Origin: an uncultured Chloroflexia bacterium
Lineage (GTDB): Bacteria; Chloroflexota; Limnocylindria; Limnocylindrales; CSP1-4
Direction: 5' to 3'
Assembly (NCBI GenBank): GCA_963828165.1
Contig: CAWHDR010000001.1
Location: 1,696,001-1,760,000, forward strand
DNA length: 64,000 nucleotides
In this document: positions 28,904 to 38,553 of the stretch, in pieces
Layout of the letters: each line of letters opens with the position of its first letter
Position numbering within the stretch: position 1 is the first letter of the stretch
The notes under the pieces: model-generated
Seen by the model: only the letters and a program-made list of their open reading frames with translations
Databases searched by the model: none
What the model was told of the DNA's origin: nothing
Position numbers and translations under genes: made by a program

Positions 28904-30483
28904 GCTGCCGCGGCCGGCGTCGTGGCTGCGTCCGTCGCCCGACCGATCGTTTCGTCCCGCAGCCCGTACGCCGACACGCCGGCGCCGATCACGAGCAGCC
29001 CGGTCCCGACCAGCATCGCCTGGTGGAACGCTTCTACGGAGGCCTCTCGGGAGGCCTGGACCTGTTCCGCTGATGGATCGCCCCTTGGCGGGTTCAGCGG
29101 CGAGAACGAGGAGCGGACCTGGGGAGATCTTCCATCCAGCTCTGGCGCGAGCGTCGACAGGGTGGAGTAGAACGTCGCGCTGATCGCGAGGAAGACGACG
29201 GCGCCGAGCAGCGGCTGACCGACGCGCGCGATGGCGTTGTTGATCGCCGAGGCGAGCCCCGAGTAGCGCTCGGAGACCGAGCCCATCAGCGATGTCGTCA
29301 GGGGAGCGACGATACACGAGATGCCGAGGCCGAACAGGAGGATCGACGGGAGGACGTCGACGAGCAGGTCGACCGGCGGGATCAGGGTCGCCGGGTCTGC
29401 GACCGAGGCCAACCATGGGTCGGAATCCACCGGGATGCGGGCGAACCACAGGAGCGCACCGGCCATGAGCAGGGGTCCGACGACGAGGAATGGCCGTGCG
29501 CCGAACCTTCCGGCCAGCGCTCCGAAGCGGGTCGAGAGGAGCGTCAGGCAGATCCCCACCGGGATGCCCACGGCACCCGCCGCCAGGGCGGTATAGCCCA
29601 GCACGTTCTGAAGCAGGATGCCCTGGTAGCTGAACGTGACGTAGAGGGCGCCGTAGATGAAGAACGTGGCGAGATTGATCGTCGTGAAGGTGCGGGAACG
29701 GAACAGGGACAGCGGCACGAGCGGATCGCGGCGCCTCGCCATCAGGATCGGGAATACGATCAGCGAGACGGCCCCGACCGCGATCGAGATCCACGCCAGG
29801 CTGTCCTGCCAGTCGTGCTCGGCGCCGCGGACGAGGCCGAACGACAGGCCGCCGACCGCGAGCGCGGCCACCGCGGATCCGAGCCAGTCGAACCGTCGGG
29901 CCTTCGTGTCCCGCGATTCCTCGACGTGCCGGAAGACCACCCACAGGGCCACGGCGAGGACCGGGACGTTGATCAGGAACACGATCCGCCACCCGACGGT
30001 GTCGACGAGCAGCCCACCCACCAGCGGCCCCAGCAAGCCCAGCGCCGACGTGGCCGAGGCCCAGATGCCGAATGCCCGGCCACGTTCGACACCGGCGCCG
30101 AAGGTCTGGGTGATGATCGACAGGGCTCCGGGCACGAGGAACGCGCCGGCCGCTCCCTGGAGCAGCCGGAAGAGCACGAGCCACTCGAGCGTCGGCGCGA
30201 AGCCGCATAGCGCCGAGGTCGCCGCGAAACTCGCGAGTCCGAAGGCGTAGACCCGGCGCCGGCCGTAGTGATCGGACAGCGAGCCGGCCAGGATCAGCAG
30301 GGCGGCCAGGACCGCGAGGTACCCGCTCACGATGTAGGTCTGGCCCTCGAGGACGCCGAACACGGTCGAGGGCAGCTCGCGCCCGATGCTCGGCAGCGCG
30401 AGGTTCACGACGGTGCCGTCGAGGAACACCGATCCGGACCCGATGATGGTCGCGAGGAGGGTCCAGCGCTGGCGCGTCGTCAT
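28900..30483 (-). CDS. MFS transporter (DHA2, ~14 TM)
   Basis: FLDGTVVNLALPSI, GSLSDHYGRRR, GWRIVFLINVP. Confidence 0.92.
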   Translation of the reverse strand: MTTRQRWTLLATIIGSGSVFLDGTVVNLALPSIGRELPSTVFGVLEGQTYIVSGYLAVLAALLILAGSLSDHYGRRRVYAFGLASFAATSALCGFAPTLEWLVLFRLLQGAAGAFLVPGALSIITQTFGAGVERGRAFGIWASATSALGLLGPLVGGLLVDTVGWRIVFLINVPVLAVALWVVFRHVEESRDTKARRFDWLGSAVAALAVGGLSFGLVRGAEHDWQDSLAWISIAVGAVSLIVFPILMARRRDPLVPLSLFRSRTFTTINLATFFIYGALYVTFSYQGILLQNVLGYTALAAGAVGIPVGICLTLLSTRFGALAGRFGARPFLVVGPLLMAGALLWFARIPVDSDPWLASVADPATLIPPVDLLVDVLPSILLFGLGISCIVAPLTTSLMGSVSERYSGLASAINNAIARVGQPLLGAVVFLAISATFYSTLSTLAPELDGRSPQVRSSFSPLNPPRGDPSAEQVQASREASVEAFHQAMLVGTGLLVIGAGVSAYGLRDETIGRATDAATTPAAAA

Positions 30484-30514
30484 GTTGGCAGTCTCGCAGA
30501 TAGACTCTCGCGGT

Positions 30515-31222
30515 ATGCCCGGACCCGTGGCGCTGGTAGGCGCCGGTGAGTTCCTTCCGGCCATGGCCGATGTCGACGCGGGTCTCCTGGCGTCGACCGG
30601 CGTGGCCCGCCCGCGCGTCGTCGTGATGCCGACGGCGTCATTTCCCGACGGTGAGGACGTGTTCGAGCGGTGGGCGTCGATGGGGGTGGCGCATTTCGCC
30701 GGGCTCGGGGCCGAGGTCGAACCGGTCCTCGTCCGTCATCGCGCCGACGCGGATGATCCCGCGGCCGCCCAGGCGCTCGGCGAGGCGGACTTGATCTACC
30801 TCTCGGGTGGCAAGCCCGGATACCTGCGTCGCGCGCTGGAAGGAACGGCCGTCGGGGCCGCTCTGCTGGCCGCCCACGAGCGAGGCGCCGTGCTGGCGGG
30901 CTGTTCGGCAGGGGCCATGATCCTCGCCGGCCACGCCTTCGAGTTCAGGGTCCGCGTCATGCCGTGGCCGTTGCGGTGGGCGCAGGGACTCGGTTTCGCG
31001 CCGGGCGTCTCCGTCGTGCCGCATTACGACGCGTGGCCGGAGCCGCTGTCGGCGCTGATCGCCTTCCAGGCACCGCGCGGTTCGGTCGTGCTGGGCATCG
31101 ACGAGGAAACGGCGGTCGTGGGTCGCGACGGGTCGTGGCAGGTCCACGGTGCGGCCCGGGTCACGGTCTGGCGGGGCCGCCACCGAGAGCGATTCCGCGC
31201 CGGCGACACGTTCCGGATCTAG
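30515..31222 (+). CDS. peptidase S51 family (peptidase E/cyanophycinase-like)
   Basis: LVGAGE, PTAS, YLSGG, GCSAGA, PHYD, GIDEET. Confidence 0.85.
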   Translation: MPGPVALVGAGEFLPAMADVDAGLLASTGVARPRVVVMPTASFPDGEDVFERWASMGVAHFAGLGAEVEPVLVRHRADADDPAAAQALGEADLIYLSGGKPGYLRRALEGTAVGAALLAAHERGAVLAGCSAGAMILAGHAFEFRVRVMPWPLRWAQGLGFAPGVSVVPHYDAWPEPLSALIAFQAPRGSVVLGIDEETAVVGRDGSWQVHGAARVTVWRGRHRERFRAGDTFRI

Positions 31223-31266
31223 CGCCGGGATCTCGGCCGCCTCCCGCCGCTGGCGTGGATCCAGGA

Positions 31267-31378
31267 GCGTTCCAACCGACCCGCGGGTCGCGGTTCCGGT
31301 GCCGATCGGGGGCGTCTGGCGTTTCCGGATGACGCCGGAACGAACCCATTTCGAGCGTTCCGCCACCGGTTGGAACGC
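31267..31378. repeat. 112-bp element with 12-bp terminal inverted repeats
   Basis: GCGTTCCAACCG (31267-78) / CGGTTGGAACGC (31367-78); the same 13-mer recurs at 55486. Confidence 0.55.
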
Positions 31379-31425
31379 GGATGGCGCCAAGCGGGCGGTC
31401 GGCCGCCACCGGCCTCGGCCAGGCG

Positions 31426-31764
31426 TCAGTCCGGGCGGACCGTCCTGAAGCAGTCGGAGCAGTAGACCGGGCGATCCATCCGCGGCTTGAATGGGACCTG
31501 CGCCTGGTTGCCGCACGAGGAGCAGACCACCGCGAAGTACTCCCGATCGGGGCGATCCTCGCCGCGCTCGTAGCCGCGCGGACCGCCGATGTCGCGGACG
31601 TCCGAACCACCGTCACGCGCCGCTCGCCGGCTCGCGCGGCAGCTGGTGCAGCGCTTCGGGTCGCTCGAGAACCCCTTCTGGACGTAGTACTCCTGGTCAG
31701 CGGCGGAATGGATGAACTCCACACCACAGTCCACGCAGTTCAGGGTCCGATCGACGTAGGTCAC
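31426..31764 (-). CDS. zinc-ribbon domain protein (CxxC-x17-CxxC)
   Basis: CVDCG..F...PKRCTSCR; CSSCG..VPFKP...PVYCSDC; GGAGGAG RBS. Confidence 0.92.
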   Translation of the reverse strand: MTYVDRTLNCVDCGVEFIHSAADQEYYVQKGFSSDPKRCTSCRASRRAARDGGSDVRDIGGPRGYERGEDRPDREYFAVVCSSCGNQAQVPFKPRMDRPVYCSDCFRTVRPD

Positions 31765-31920
31765 GATGCTCCTCCGGGACGCGTTGGTCGGCTTGGTGCG
31801 CCACGGAGGCGGCCGCATCGGCGGACGGGAATGCGAGGTCTGGCGAGAGAAGCCGGGCCCGCGCTGACCCAGGTGCCGATGTGGGAGTCCCTGTCTGCGG
31901 GGCGCACCGGTTCTAGTGCG
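31765..31920 (-). promoter_or_regulatory. long structured 5'UTR, candidate cis-regulatory RNA
   Basis: TATCCT -10 near 31925-31930; nested helices 31795-802/31901-908 and 31816-22/31875-81, plus a G-U-containing hairpin at 31853-72. Confidence 0.45.
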
Positions 31921-31979
31921 GCGCAGGATACAACGGGTCGAAAATTCGGACATCGCAGGAGCCCGACGGGCTGGCGGTC

Positions 31980-32001
31980 GTGACAAGCGACCTGTCACAA
32001 T
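31980..32001 (+). promoter_or_regulatory. inverted-repeat operator overlapping an extended -10
   Basis: GTGACA-N7-TGTCAC overlapping TGtCACAAT upstream of the sbcD-like gene. Confidence 0.4.
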
Positions 32002-32129
32002 GGCCCGCGAGGATCCGGGGCGGCGAGCGGGGAGTCATGGGGGCGCCTCGCTCGCGCCAGACTCACGACGCTGCGTGGACCGGATCGTGATCGACCAAGA
32101 CGCCGACCACGGAGGCCCTGCCCCAGCGG

Positions 32130-33317
32130 ATGCTACGGATCATCCATACCGCCGATGTCCATCTCGGTGCTCGCCACGACGACCTCGGCGAGCAGGCGAG
32201 CTCGCAACGTGAACGGCAGTTTGCCGCCTTCACCGCAGCCATCGACCTCGCGCTTGAGGAGAAGGTCGATCTCTTCTTGATCGCGGGCGACCTGTTCGAC
32301 AGCAACGTCCAACCGCGACGCTCCGTCGAGCGCGTCGCCGCGCAACTCAAACGACTGGCCGGATCCAAGATCCGCACGATCATCGTCCCGGGCACACACG
32401 ACTGCTACGACCGCTCGTCGATCTACCGCGCCTACGACCTCAAGGCTCTCGCCGGCAGTCTCCCGGATGACGATCTGGTCACGGTCCTCACGCCGGACAA
32501 GCCGAGCGTGCACCTGGCCGCCTGCGACGTAGTGGTCCACGGCCCGGTCTTCGCGACGAAGAAGGCGCCGCACAGCCCGCTGCGCGATCTCGCGGGCCAG
32601 GCCGGCGACCCACCGGCGACGTGGCGCGTCGGCATGGTCCACGGTTCGATCGCGATCCCCGGCAAGACCGAGCGCGACGACGTCGTCATCACGACCGAGG
32701 AGATCGCTGCGACCGGGCTTGACTACCTGGCGCTGGGTCATTGGCACTCATCCCAGCAGTCGAGGGCCGGCGGCGTCACGTACGCGTACGCCGGGGCACC
32801 CGAGCCCGTCGCGCTGACCCAGGACCGCGCCGGAAAGGTGCTCCTCGTCGAGCTCGAGGCGATCGACGGTCGACGCTCGGTCACCGTCCAGGAACGGCGG
32901 GTCGGTGCGACCCGCTTCGAGAAGCTCGAGCTCGACGCTGCCAACATCTCCGCCCAGCCTGCGCTGATCGAGCAGCTCGCCAAGAAGGGCGATCCGAACC
33001 TCGTCCTCGACGCCCGGTTGGTCGGTGTCCGCCCGGACGAGCTCGACCTGCACCTCGACGAGATCGAGGCGGCGCTGGCTGGGTCGTTCCTCAAGGTCCG
33101 CGTCCGCGATGTCAGCCTGCCGGCCTTGACGGAAGGTGCTTTGCCGCCACCGGACACGATCGCCGGGGCGTTCATCCGTGACCTCGAGGCCCGGATCGCC
33201 GAACTGGAGGCCGCCCCGGACGCCGGCAGTCAGGCGGGGGCGGGGGACGCCGCCGAGCTGCGTGACGCCTTGCGGCTGGGTCGGCTGCTGCTGGCCGGTC
33301 ATGAGGTGTCGCTGTGA
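32130..33317 (+). CDS. DNA repair exonuclease, SbcD/Mre11-like (YhaO type)
   Basis: HTADVHLG, AGDLFD, PGTHD, HGS, YLALGHWH. Confidence 0.92.
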   Translation: MLRIIHTADVHLGARHDDLGEQASSQRERQFAAFTAAIDLALEEKVDLFLIAGDLFDSNVQPRRSVERVAAQLKRLAGSKIRTIIVPGTHDCYDRSSIYRAYDLKALAGSLPDDDLVTVLTPDKPSVHLAACDVVVHGPVFATKKAPHSPLRDLAGQAGDPPATWRVGMVHGSIAIPGKTERDDVVITTEEIAATGLDYLALGHWHSSQQSRAGGVTYAYAGAPEPVALTQDRAGKVLLVELEAIDGRRSVTVQERRVGATRFEKLELDAANISAQPALIEQLAKKGDPNLVLDARLVGVRPDELDLHLDEIEAALAGSFLKVRVRDVSLPALTEGALPPPDTIAGAFIRDLEARIAELEAAPDAGSQAGAGDAAELRDALRLGRLLLAGHEVSL

Positions 33318-35531
33318 GGATCCGGCGGCTCCAGATCCGCGACCTGCGCCGCTACCGGGAGCTCGACATCGACCTGGCCCCCGGCGTGACGGTCGTCCGC
33401 GGTCCCAACGAGGCCGGCAAGTCCACGATCCAGCGCGCGATCGAGCTGGCGATCACCCGGCGCGTCACGAGCTCCGCCGCCGACCTCGAATTCGCTGCGC
33501 CCATGGGACGCCGGACCCGATGCAAGGACGTGGATCGGCATCGAATTCGAGCAGGACGAGGAGGATGGCCGCAAGGCCGCGGGCACGCTGGAGAAGACGT
33601 TCGCGGGGCAGCGCGGCACGGTCGATCTTCGCTACGACGGCGGGGCGCCCATCACGGACCCAGCCCTGGCCGACCAGGTCATGGCCGAGCTGACCGGCAT
33701 CCCCACCGAGCCGTTCTTCCGATCGACAGCTTCCGTGCGCCATCATGAGCTGAGTGACCTCGCGCGCGACGAGACCGCGCTGCGCGACCGACTCCAGGCG
33801 AGCATCAGCGGCGCCGACCGCGGCACGGGCCTGGCGAAGAAGAAGCTCGAGCGCGCCCTGCATGGCCTGACGACGAAGGGCGACAAGAACCCGGGCCACC
33901 TCAAGATCGCCGAGGAGGCCGTGGCCTCGTCCGCGATGTCCGTCGAGCAGGGCGAGCTGGCCCTCGCCAAGCTGGAGCAGGATCGCGACTCGCTCTCGGG
34001 CGCCCGCGAGCGACGCGCCGATGCCGAGGGAGGTCTGGCCGAACGCCGGAGCATGCTCGAGAAGGCCCGCCAGGCCGAGCGACTCACCGCGGAACGGGTC
34101 GCCGCCCAGGAGCGGTACGACCGCTTCCGGGAGGCGGTCGAAGTCGCCACCGAGCTCGACTCGCTGGCCCAGACCCACCCATCGCCGAACCCGCTGCCGG
34201 TCATCCGCCAGAGCGTGGAGCGACTGCGGTCGCTCGATGCCAAGATCCGCGAGCTGACGGCCGCGCTCTCCGGCGAGGTCGCCGTCAAGTTCGACGTCGC
34301 GCCGGAGGCGACCTGGCGCCCCTTGTCGCGGTGGGGGATCCTGCTGGTCCTCGTCGGCCTCGTCGTGGCGGGTGGCTCGTTCCTGGCCGCCACACTGGGG
34401 ATCATCGACGTCGGGGAGGCGCCGCTGTACCTGGGGGCGGCGGCAGCCGGGATCGGGCTGATCCTCACCCTGGTCGCATTCTGGCTCCGGCGCGGGTCGC
34501 AGATGCAGGAGCAGCTCCGGGACGTCGAGATCGATCGACGGCTCCGCGGTCGCTCGGAGATGGAAGCGGAGCTCAAGCAGGCCCAGGCCGACACCGCGAA
34601 GCAGCTGGGCGCGTTGGGTCTCGATGACCTTCCTGCCGCAGAGGACATGCTGGCCAAAGAGGAAGCGCACGTTGCTCGGATGGACCAGCTGACGGCGCAG
34701 CTCGACGGGCTCGTCGGCAAGGAACCGCGCGAGACCCTCGGTGCGATGCGCGACGCGGCGGCGCACGAGGTCGACCAGAAGACGAGCGCGCTCGAGCACC
34801 TGGGACCGATCGCCAAGGAGCCGCGCGCGCGCGAGCGGTTGGAGGTGGAGGTCCGCGACCAGGAAGCCGCGCTCGAGCGCGCCCGTGATGACGAGGCGAA
34901 TGCCCGGGCGCGGGTAGAGGCCAATGCCGTCGACGCCGAGGAGGTCGCGGCCGAGTCGGAGCGGCTCGCCGGCTCGCGCGAGCAGCTGGACACGCTGCGA
35001 CGACGGCATCGCGTGCTGGAGCTGACCCTGCGCGCGATCGAGCACGCCGAAGTCGCCACGATGAAGACGGCGACGCGCTACCTCGAGGGTCACATGGTCC
35101 GCGATGTCGCCACGGTGACCGGCGGTCGCTACCGGCGCGTCCGGGTCGATGACAAGACGCTGGACATCGACGTGCACGCGCCCGAGCGCGGCGACTGGGT
35201 GCCGGTCAACAGCCTGAGCCAGGGCACGCTCGATCTCGTGTATCTCGTCGCACGACTCGGGCTCGTCAGGCTCGTGACCGGCGATCGCCGGCCGCCGCTC
35301 GTCTTCGATGACCCGTTCGTCACGCTCGACGACACCCGGGCGGCGCGGGCGCTGGATCTCCTGAAGCGGGTCGCGTCCGACTTCCAGATCATCTACCTGA
35401 CGACGTCGGACCGATACGACAGCGCCGCGGACGCCGTCGTCGAGCTGCCCGGCCCGACCGCGGTCGACGAGGGCGTCGAGGACCCCTCCCTCGCGAAGGA
35501 TGAGACGGTCGTAACGGGGGTCGGCACCTGA
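33314..35531 (+). CDS. SbcC/Rad50-like coiled-coil ABC ATPase (YhaN type) with a +1 frameshift near 33490
   Basis: Walker A GPNEAGKST in ORF 33314; LSQG and VFDDPF in ORF 33681; removing one T from GAA TTC G restores DLESLRPWD; span 2218 = 3n+1. Confidence 0.88.
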
Positions 35532-35560
35532 TCGAAGCCCTGCCCGCGGGGACGGCCACC

Positions 35561-36388
35561 GTGGCGCTCGGGCTGGCCGCTGCGGCCGCCTGGGGCGCCG
35601 GCGACTTCGGTGGCGGGCTGACCAGCCGGCGCGCGCCCGTGTTCGGCGTCGTCCTGCTATCGCAGGCCGTCGGCATGGCCCTTGCGTTCGGCCTCGCCCT
35701 GCTTGGTGGAGAATCCATGCCCGGCGGGACCGACCTGTTGCTGTGCGTCGCGGCCGGCGCGCTCGGAGGCATCGGCATCACCGCCCTGTATCGCGGCCTG
35801 GCGATCGGCCGGATGGGCATCGTCGCGCCGGTCACGGGCGTCCTGGCCGCGGTCATCCCCGTCATCGGCGGCATCGTCCTGGAGGGGGTCCCGGCCGTGA
35901 TGGTCCTCGCCGGCATCGGCCTGGCGATCCTCTCGGTCGTGCTCGTCTCGCGCGTCGCGGACGAGGGCGGTGGGCGGGCCGGGCTGCGCGAGGCCCTCGT
36001 CGCCGGCGTCACGATCGGGAGCTTCGGGATCGTCATCTCGGGGCTCAGTGACGGCCACGTGTTCGGCTCGCTCACGGCCATCCGGCTCGTCCAGGCGTTC
36101 GTCGTGATCGCCATGGTCCTGGCGACGCGCTCCGCGTGGCGTCTGCCCATCGACGCGGTCCCCGCCGTCGTCGTCATCGGCGTGCTCGACATGGCCGGCA
36201 ACAGCTTCTATCTGCTCGCGGTCCAGACCGGAGCCCTGGCCGTCGCGTCCGTGCTGTCCGCGCTGTACCCGGTGACCACGGTCATCCTCGCGGCGGTCGT
36301 CCTGCACGAGCGCGTGACACGCGACCACACCGTGGGGATCGCCCTCGCCGCTGCCGCGATCGTCCTCATCGGCATCGGCTCTGCGTAG
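35561..36388 (+). CDS. EamA/DMT family transporter
   Basis: WGAGDFGGG, ~10 TM, SALYPVTTVILA..LHER; may start at CTG 35528. Confidence 0.88.
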   Translation: MALGLAAAAAWGAGDFGGGLTSRRAPVFGVVLLSQAVGMALAFGLALLGGESMPGGTDLLLCVAAGALGGIGITALYRGLAIGRMGIVAPVTGVLAAVIPVIGGIVLEGVPAVMVLAGIGLAILSVVLVSRVADEGGGRAGLREALVAGVTIGSFGIVISGLSDGHVFGSLTAIRLVQAFVVIAMVLATRSAWRLPIDAVPAVVVIGVLDMAGNSFYLLAVQTGALAVASVLSALYPVTTVILAAVVLHERVTRDHTVGIALAAAAIVLIGIGSA

Positions 36389-36398
36389 ACTGCCCGCG

Positions 36399-36704
36399 AT
36401 GTCCGGTCCCCTCAGCAGCGGTGTCCTGGAGCACGTATGGCTGGTCGAGGCGACGTATGCGCCCGACGCCGCGGAGACGAGGGTCCCGTTCCGTCGCGAG
36501 CACCTCGCCGGCATCCGCGAGCGCCTGGCGTCCGGGATCTACATCGAGGCCGGGGCCTTCGCCGACGTGTCGGCCTCGGTCATCCTGGTGCGGGCGGAGA
36601 GTGCAGAGGCCGCACTGGAGCTGGTCCGCGACGACGTGTACCTCCGCAATGGCGTCTGGGTCGAGGTGCGAGCGCGAGCGTTCGGGCGGGTCACTCGGGC
36701 GTAG
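36399..36704 (+). CDS. YciI family protein
   Basis: RVPFRREHL, AGAF, DDVY..NGVW. Confidence 0.8.
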   Translation: MSGPLSSGVLEHVWLVEATYAPDAAETRVPFRREHLAGIRERLASGIYIEAGAFADVSASVILVRAESAEAALELVRDDVYLRNGVWVEVRARAFGRVTRA

Positions 36705-36914
36705 GGCGAGTGGCCGTGGCGGGTCCTGTCCCCGGACGCCGCCCGGCCTCCGGTCGCTCCGGCGCATGCGCCTAACGCTCCCTCCGCCGGACGTCCCGGT
36801 GCCACCCGCCTCGGAACGGTGTCCGCCGACCGGTGATCCGCCGCTTGCGCCCAACCGCCGACTTCGCGGGTGGTCCGTACCGCGGGCGCGCGCCCGTATC
36901 CATCCTGGGGTTGG

Positions 36915-37481
36915 CTATTCGTGCCTGTTCGAGACCGGGGCCGGCTCGCGGGGGTGGGCCGGCCCTTGGCGTTCGATCCGGAGGCTGGCGGCATCGGTGG
37001 GGGAGCGCAGCAGGACGACGTGGTCGAAGCCCTCCCGGGCCAGCTGGCCACGCTCGAGGGTGCGGCGGATGGCCGCGAGGTGACGGTCGACGACGGCGGG
37101 GTCGACGACACGCGCCGTTCGCGCGGCGTTCTGCGCGTGGATCATGGCGGGTGGCAGGTCCAGCACCAGGGCGACCACCGGAACGCCGGCCGTACGAGCT
37201 CGATCGATCAATGGGCGACGGTGCTCGGCCCTCGTATTCGTTGCATCGACGATGGTCATCTCGCCTCGGCCCATGCGTCGCGTGAGGGTCTTGTGCACGA
37301 TGCCGAAGGCGATCGCCGAGGCGCGCTGATCGGCCTCGTTCCCCGAGACGGCGGCGCGCAGCGCGTCCGACGAGAGGATCTCGTCCGGTGGGAAGAGCCT
37401 CGCAGCGAGCGTGGACTTCCCGGACCCGGCCGCGCCGATGAGGACGACGAGACTCGGGTCCGGCAGGGACAGCGTCGACAC
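36915..37481 (-). CDS. P-loop kinase (AAA_33, polynucleotide-kinase-like domain)
   Basis: LVVLIGAAGSGKST, LSSDALR, IVDATN, EGF. Confidence 0.85.
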   Translation of the reverse strand: MSTLSLPDPSLVVLIGAAGSGKSTLAARLFPPDEILSSDALRAAVSGNEADQRASAIAFGIVHKTLTRRMGRGEMTIVDATNTRAEHRRPLIDRARTAGVPVVALVLDLPPAMIHAQNAARTARVVDPAVVDRHLAAIRRTLERGQLAREGFDHVVLLRSPTDAASLRIERQGPAHPREPAPVSNRHE

Positions 37482-37502
37482 GAGTCGGGCTCGCGACGCG
37501 AC

Positions 37503-38375
37503 CTACGCGACCGCGCTCCGGCGCACCTCGTAGCCCCCGCCTTCGGCGGAGCGGATCTCGTAGCTCGGCTGGTCGTAGACGCTCGGCCCCTGCCGGACGA
37601 GGCCGTCACGCAACCGGAAGCGCGAAGCATGCCAGGGGCACTGGACGCAACCGTCGACGATCGTGCCCTCGTTGAGCGGGCCGCCGGCGTGGGCACAGAC
37701 GGCGTGCAGCGCGTGGACGGTCTCGCCGAAGCGGACGACGACCAGGTCGTTGATGCCGGCCCGCATCTTCGTCGGCGTCGCCTCCGGCAGCGCGGCGAGG
37801 TCCGTCACGTCGCCCGTGTCCAGCTTGATCCATTTCGTGCCGGCGCCACGGAACGCGTGGCGGTTGACCATGTTGCCCAGGACGTACGCGACATCGCCCC
37901 CGACGAACGCTCCGGCGCTGACGATCAGGAACCCGACGATCGACAGCGCGATGGGCACGGTGCGATCAACGGGGGCGCCCGCGCGCAGGATCGCCGAGAT
38001 GACGAGCAACACCAGGGCGACGACCATGAGGGTCGAATGGGTCGTTGCCCGAGTGAGGGCCGTGCCCTCGGTGTCGGCGTAGTCGGCCAGTCCTGCGAGG
38101 GCGGCGAGGAGCATCGTGATGATCGTCGCGAGCAGGACGATGTCGGCTGCCGCGGGCTGACCGATCAGGTCGAGGACCACGGCACCTAGAAGCAGCCCGA
38201 TCGGGAGGTCCGTCGCTGCGGCATGGAGCGGATGGCCGAGCCAGCGACCGTTGAGCAGATCCTTGATGGGTCTGATCGGTCGGAAGATCGCGGAGACCCA
38301 GCGACGGTTGAATTCGCCGAACGGTCGCGCCCAGCCGTCGTTGATCGCCACGAGTCGAGCCAGCAATCGAGCCAC
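37503..38375 (-). CDS. DUF2231 membrane domain + Rieske 2Fe-2S protein
   Basis: WLGHPLH..TDLPIG; CAHAGGPL, CPWHASRF; GGGAGG RBS. Confidence 0.9.
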   Translation of the reverse strand: MARLLARLVAINDGWARPFGEFNRRWVSAIFRPIRPIKDLLNGRWLGHPLHAAATDLPIGLLLGAVVLDLIGQPAAADIVLLATIITMLLAALAGLADYADTEGTALTRATTHSTLMVVALVLLVISAILRAGAPVDRTVPIALSIVGFLIVSAGAFVGGDVAYVLGNMVNRHAFRGAGTKWIKLDTGDVTDLAALPEATPTKMRAGINDLVVVRFGETVHALHAVCAHAGGPLNEGTIVDGCVQCPWHASRFRLRDGLVRQGPSVYDQPSYEIRSAEGGGYEVRRSAVA

Positions 38376-38438
38376 GAGAGCACCTCCCTACTGGAGACTG
38401 TACGCCGTGCGCGAGGGCGTGGATGCTGCGGAGGCCGC

Positions 38439-38547
38439 TTCTCCACAGGCCGTCCACACTGGTGGGAAACTCGGGGATAAGCACGAGGCGGTTTCGCGTG
38501 CTTTCGTGGATAAGGCCGTTGTGGCCCCAAACCATTACATCTACATT
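38439..38547 (+). promoter_or_regulatory. DnaA-box-like cluster plus sigma70-type promoter
   Basis: TTCTCCACA 38439, CCGTCCACA 38450, CGGGGATAA 38472, CGTGGATAA 38505; TTGTGG(38519)-17 nt-TACATT(38542). Confidence 0.5.
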
Positions 38548-38553
38548 TCGTCT

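Noticed and set aside
33481-33500. Programmed frameshifting in the SbcC-like gene or selD
   Set aside because: No slippery heptamer; single-base duplications are typical of sequencing errors.
36705-36915. attC-like cores (GCCTAAC, GCCCAAC...GTTGGC)
   Set aside because: No matching GTTRRRY end, no integrase and no cassette array.
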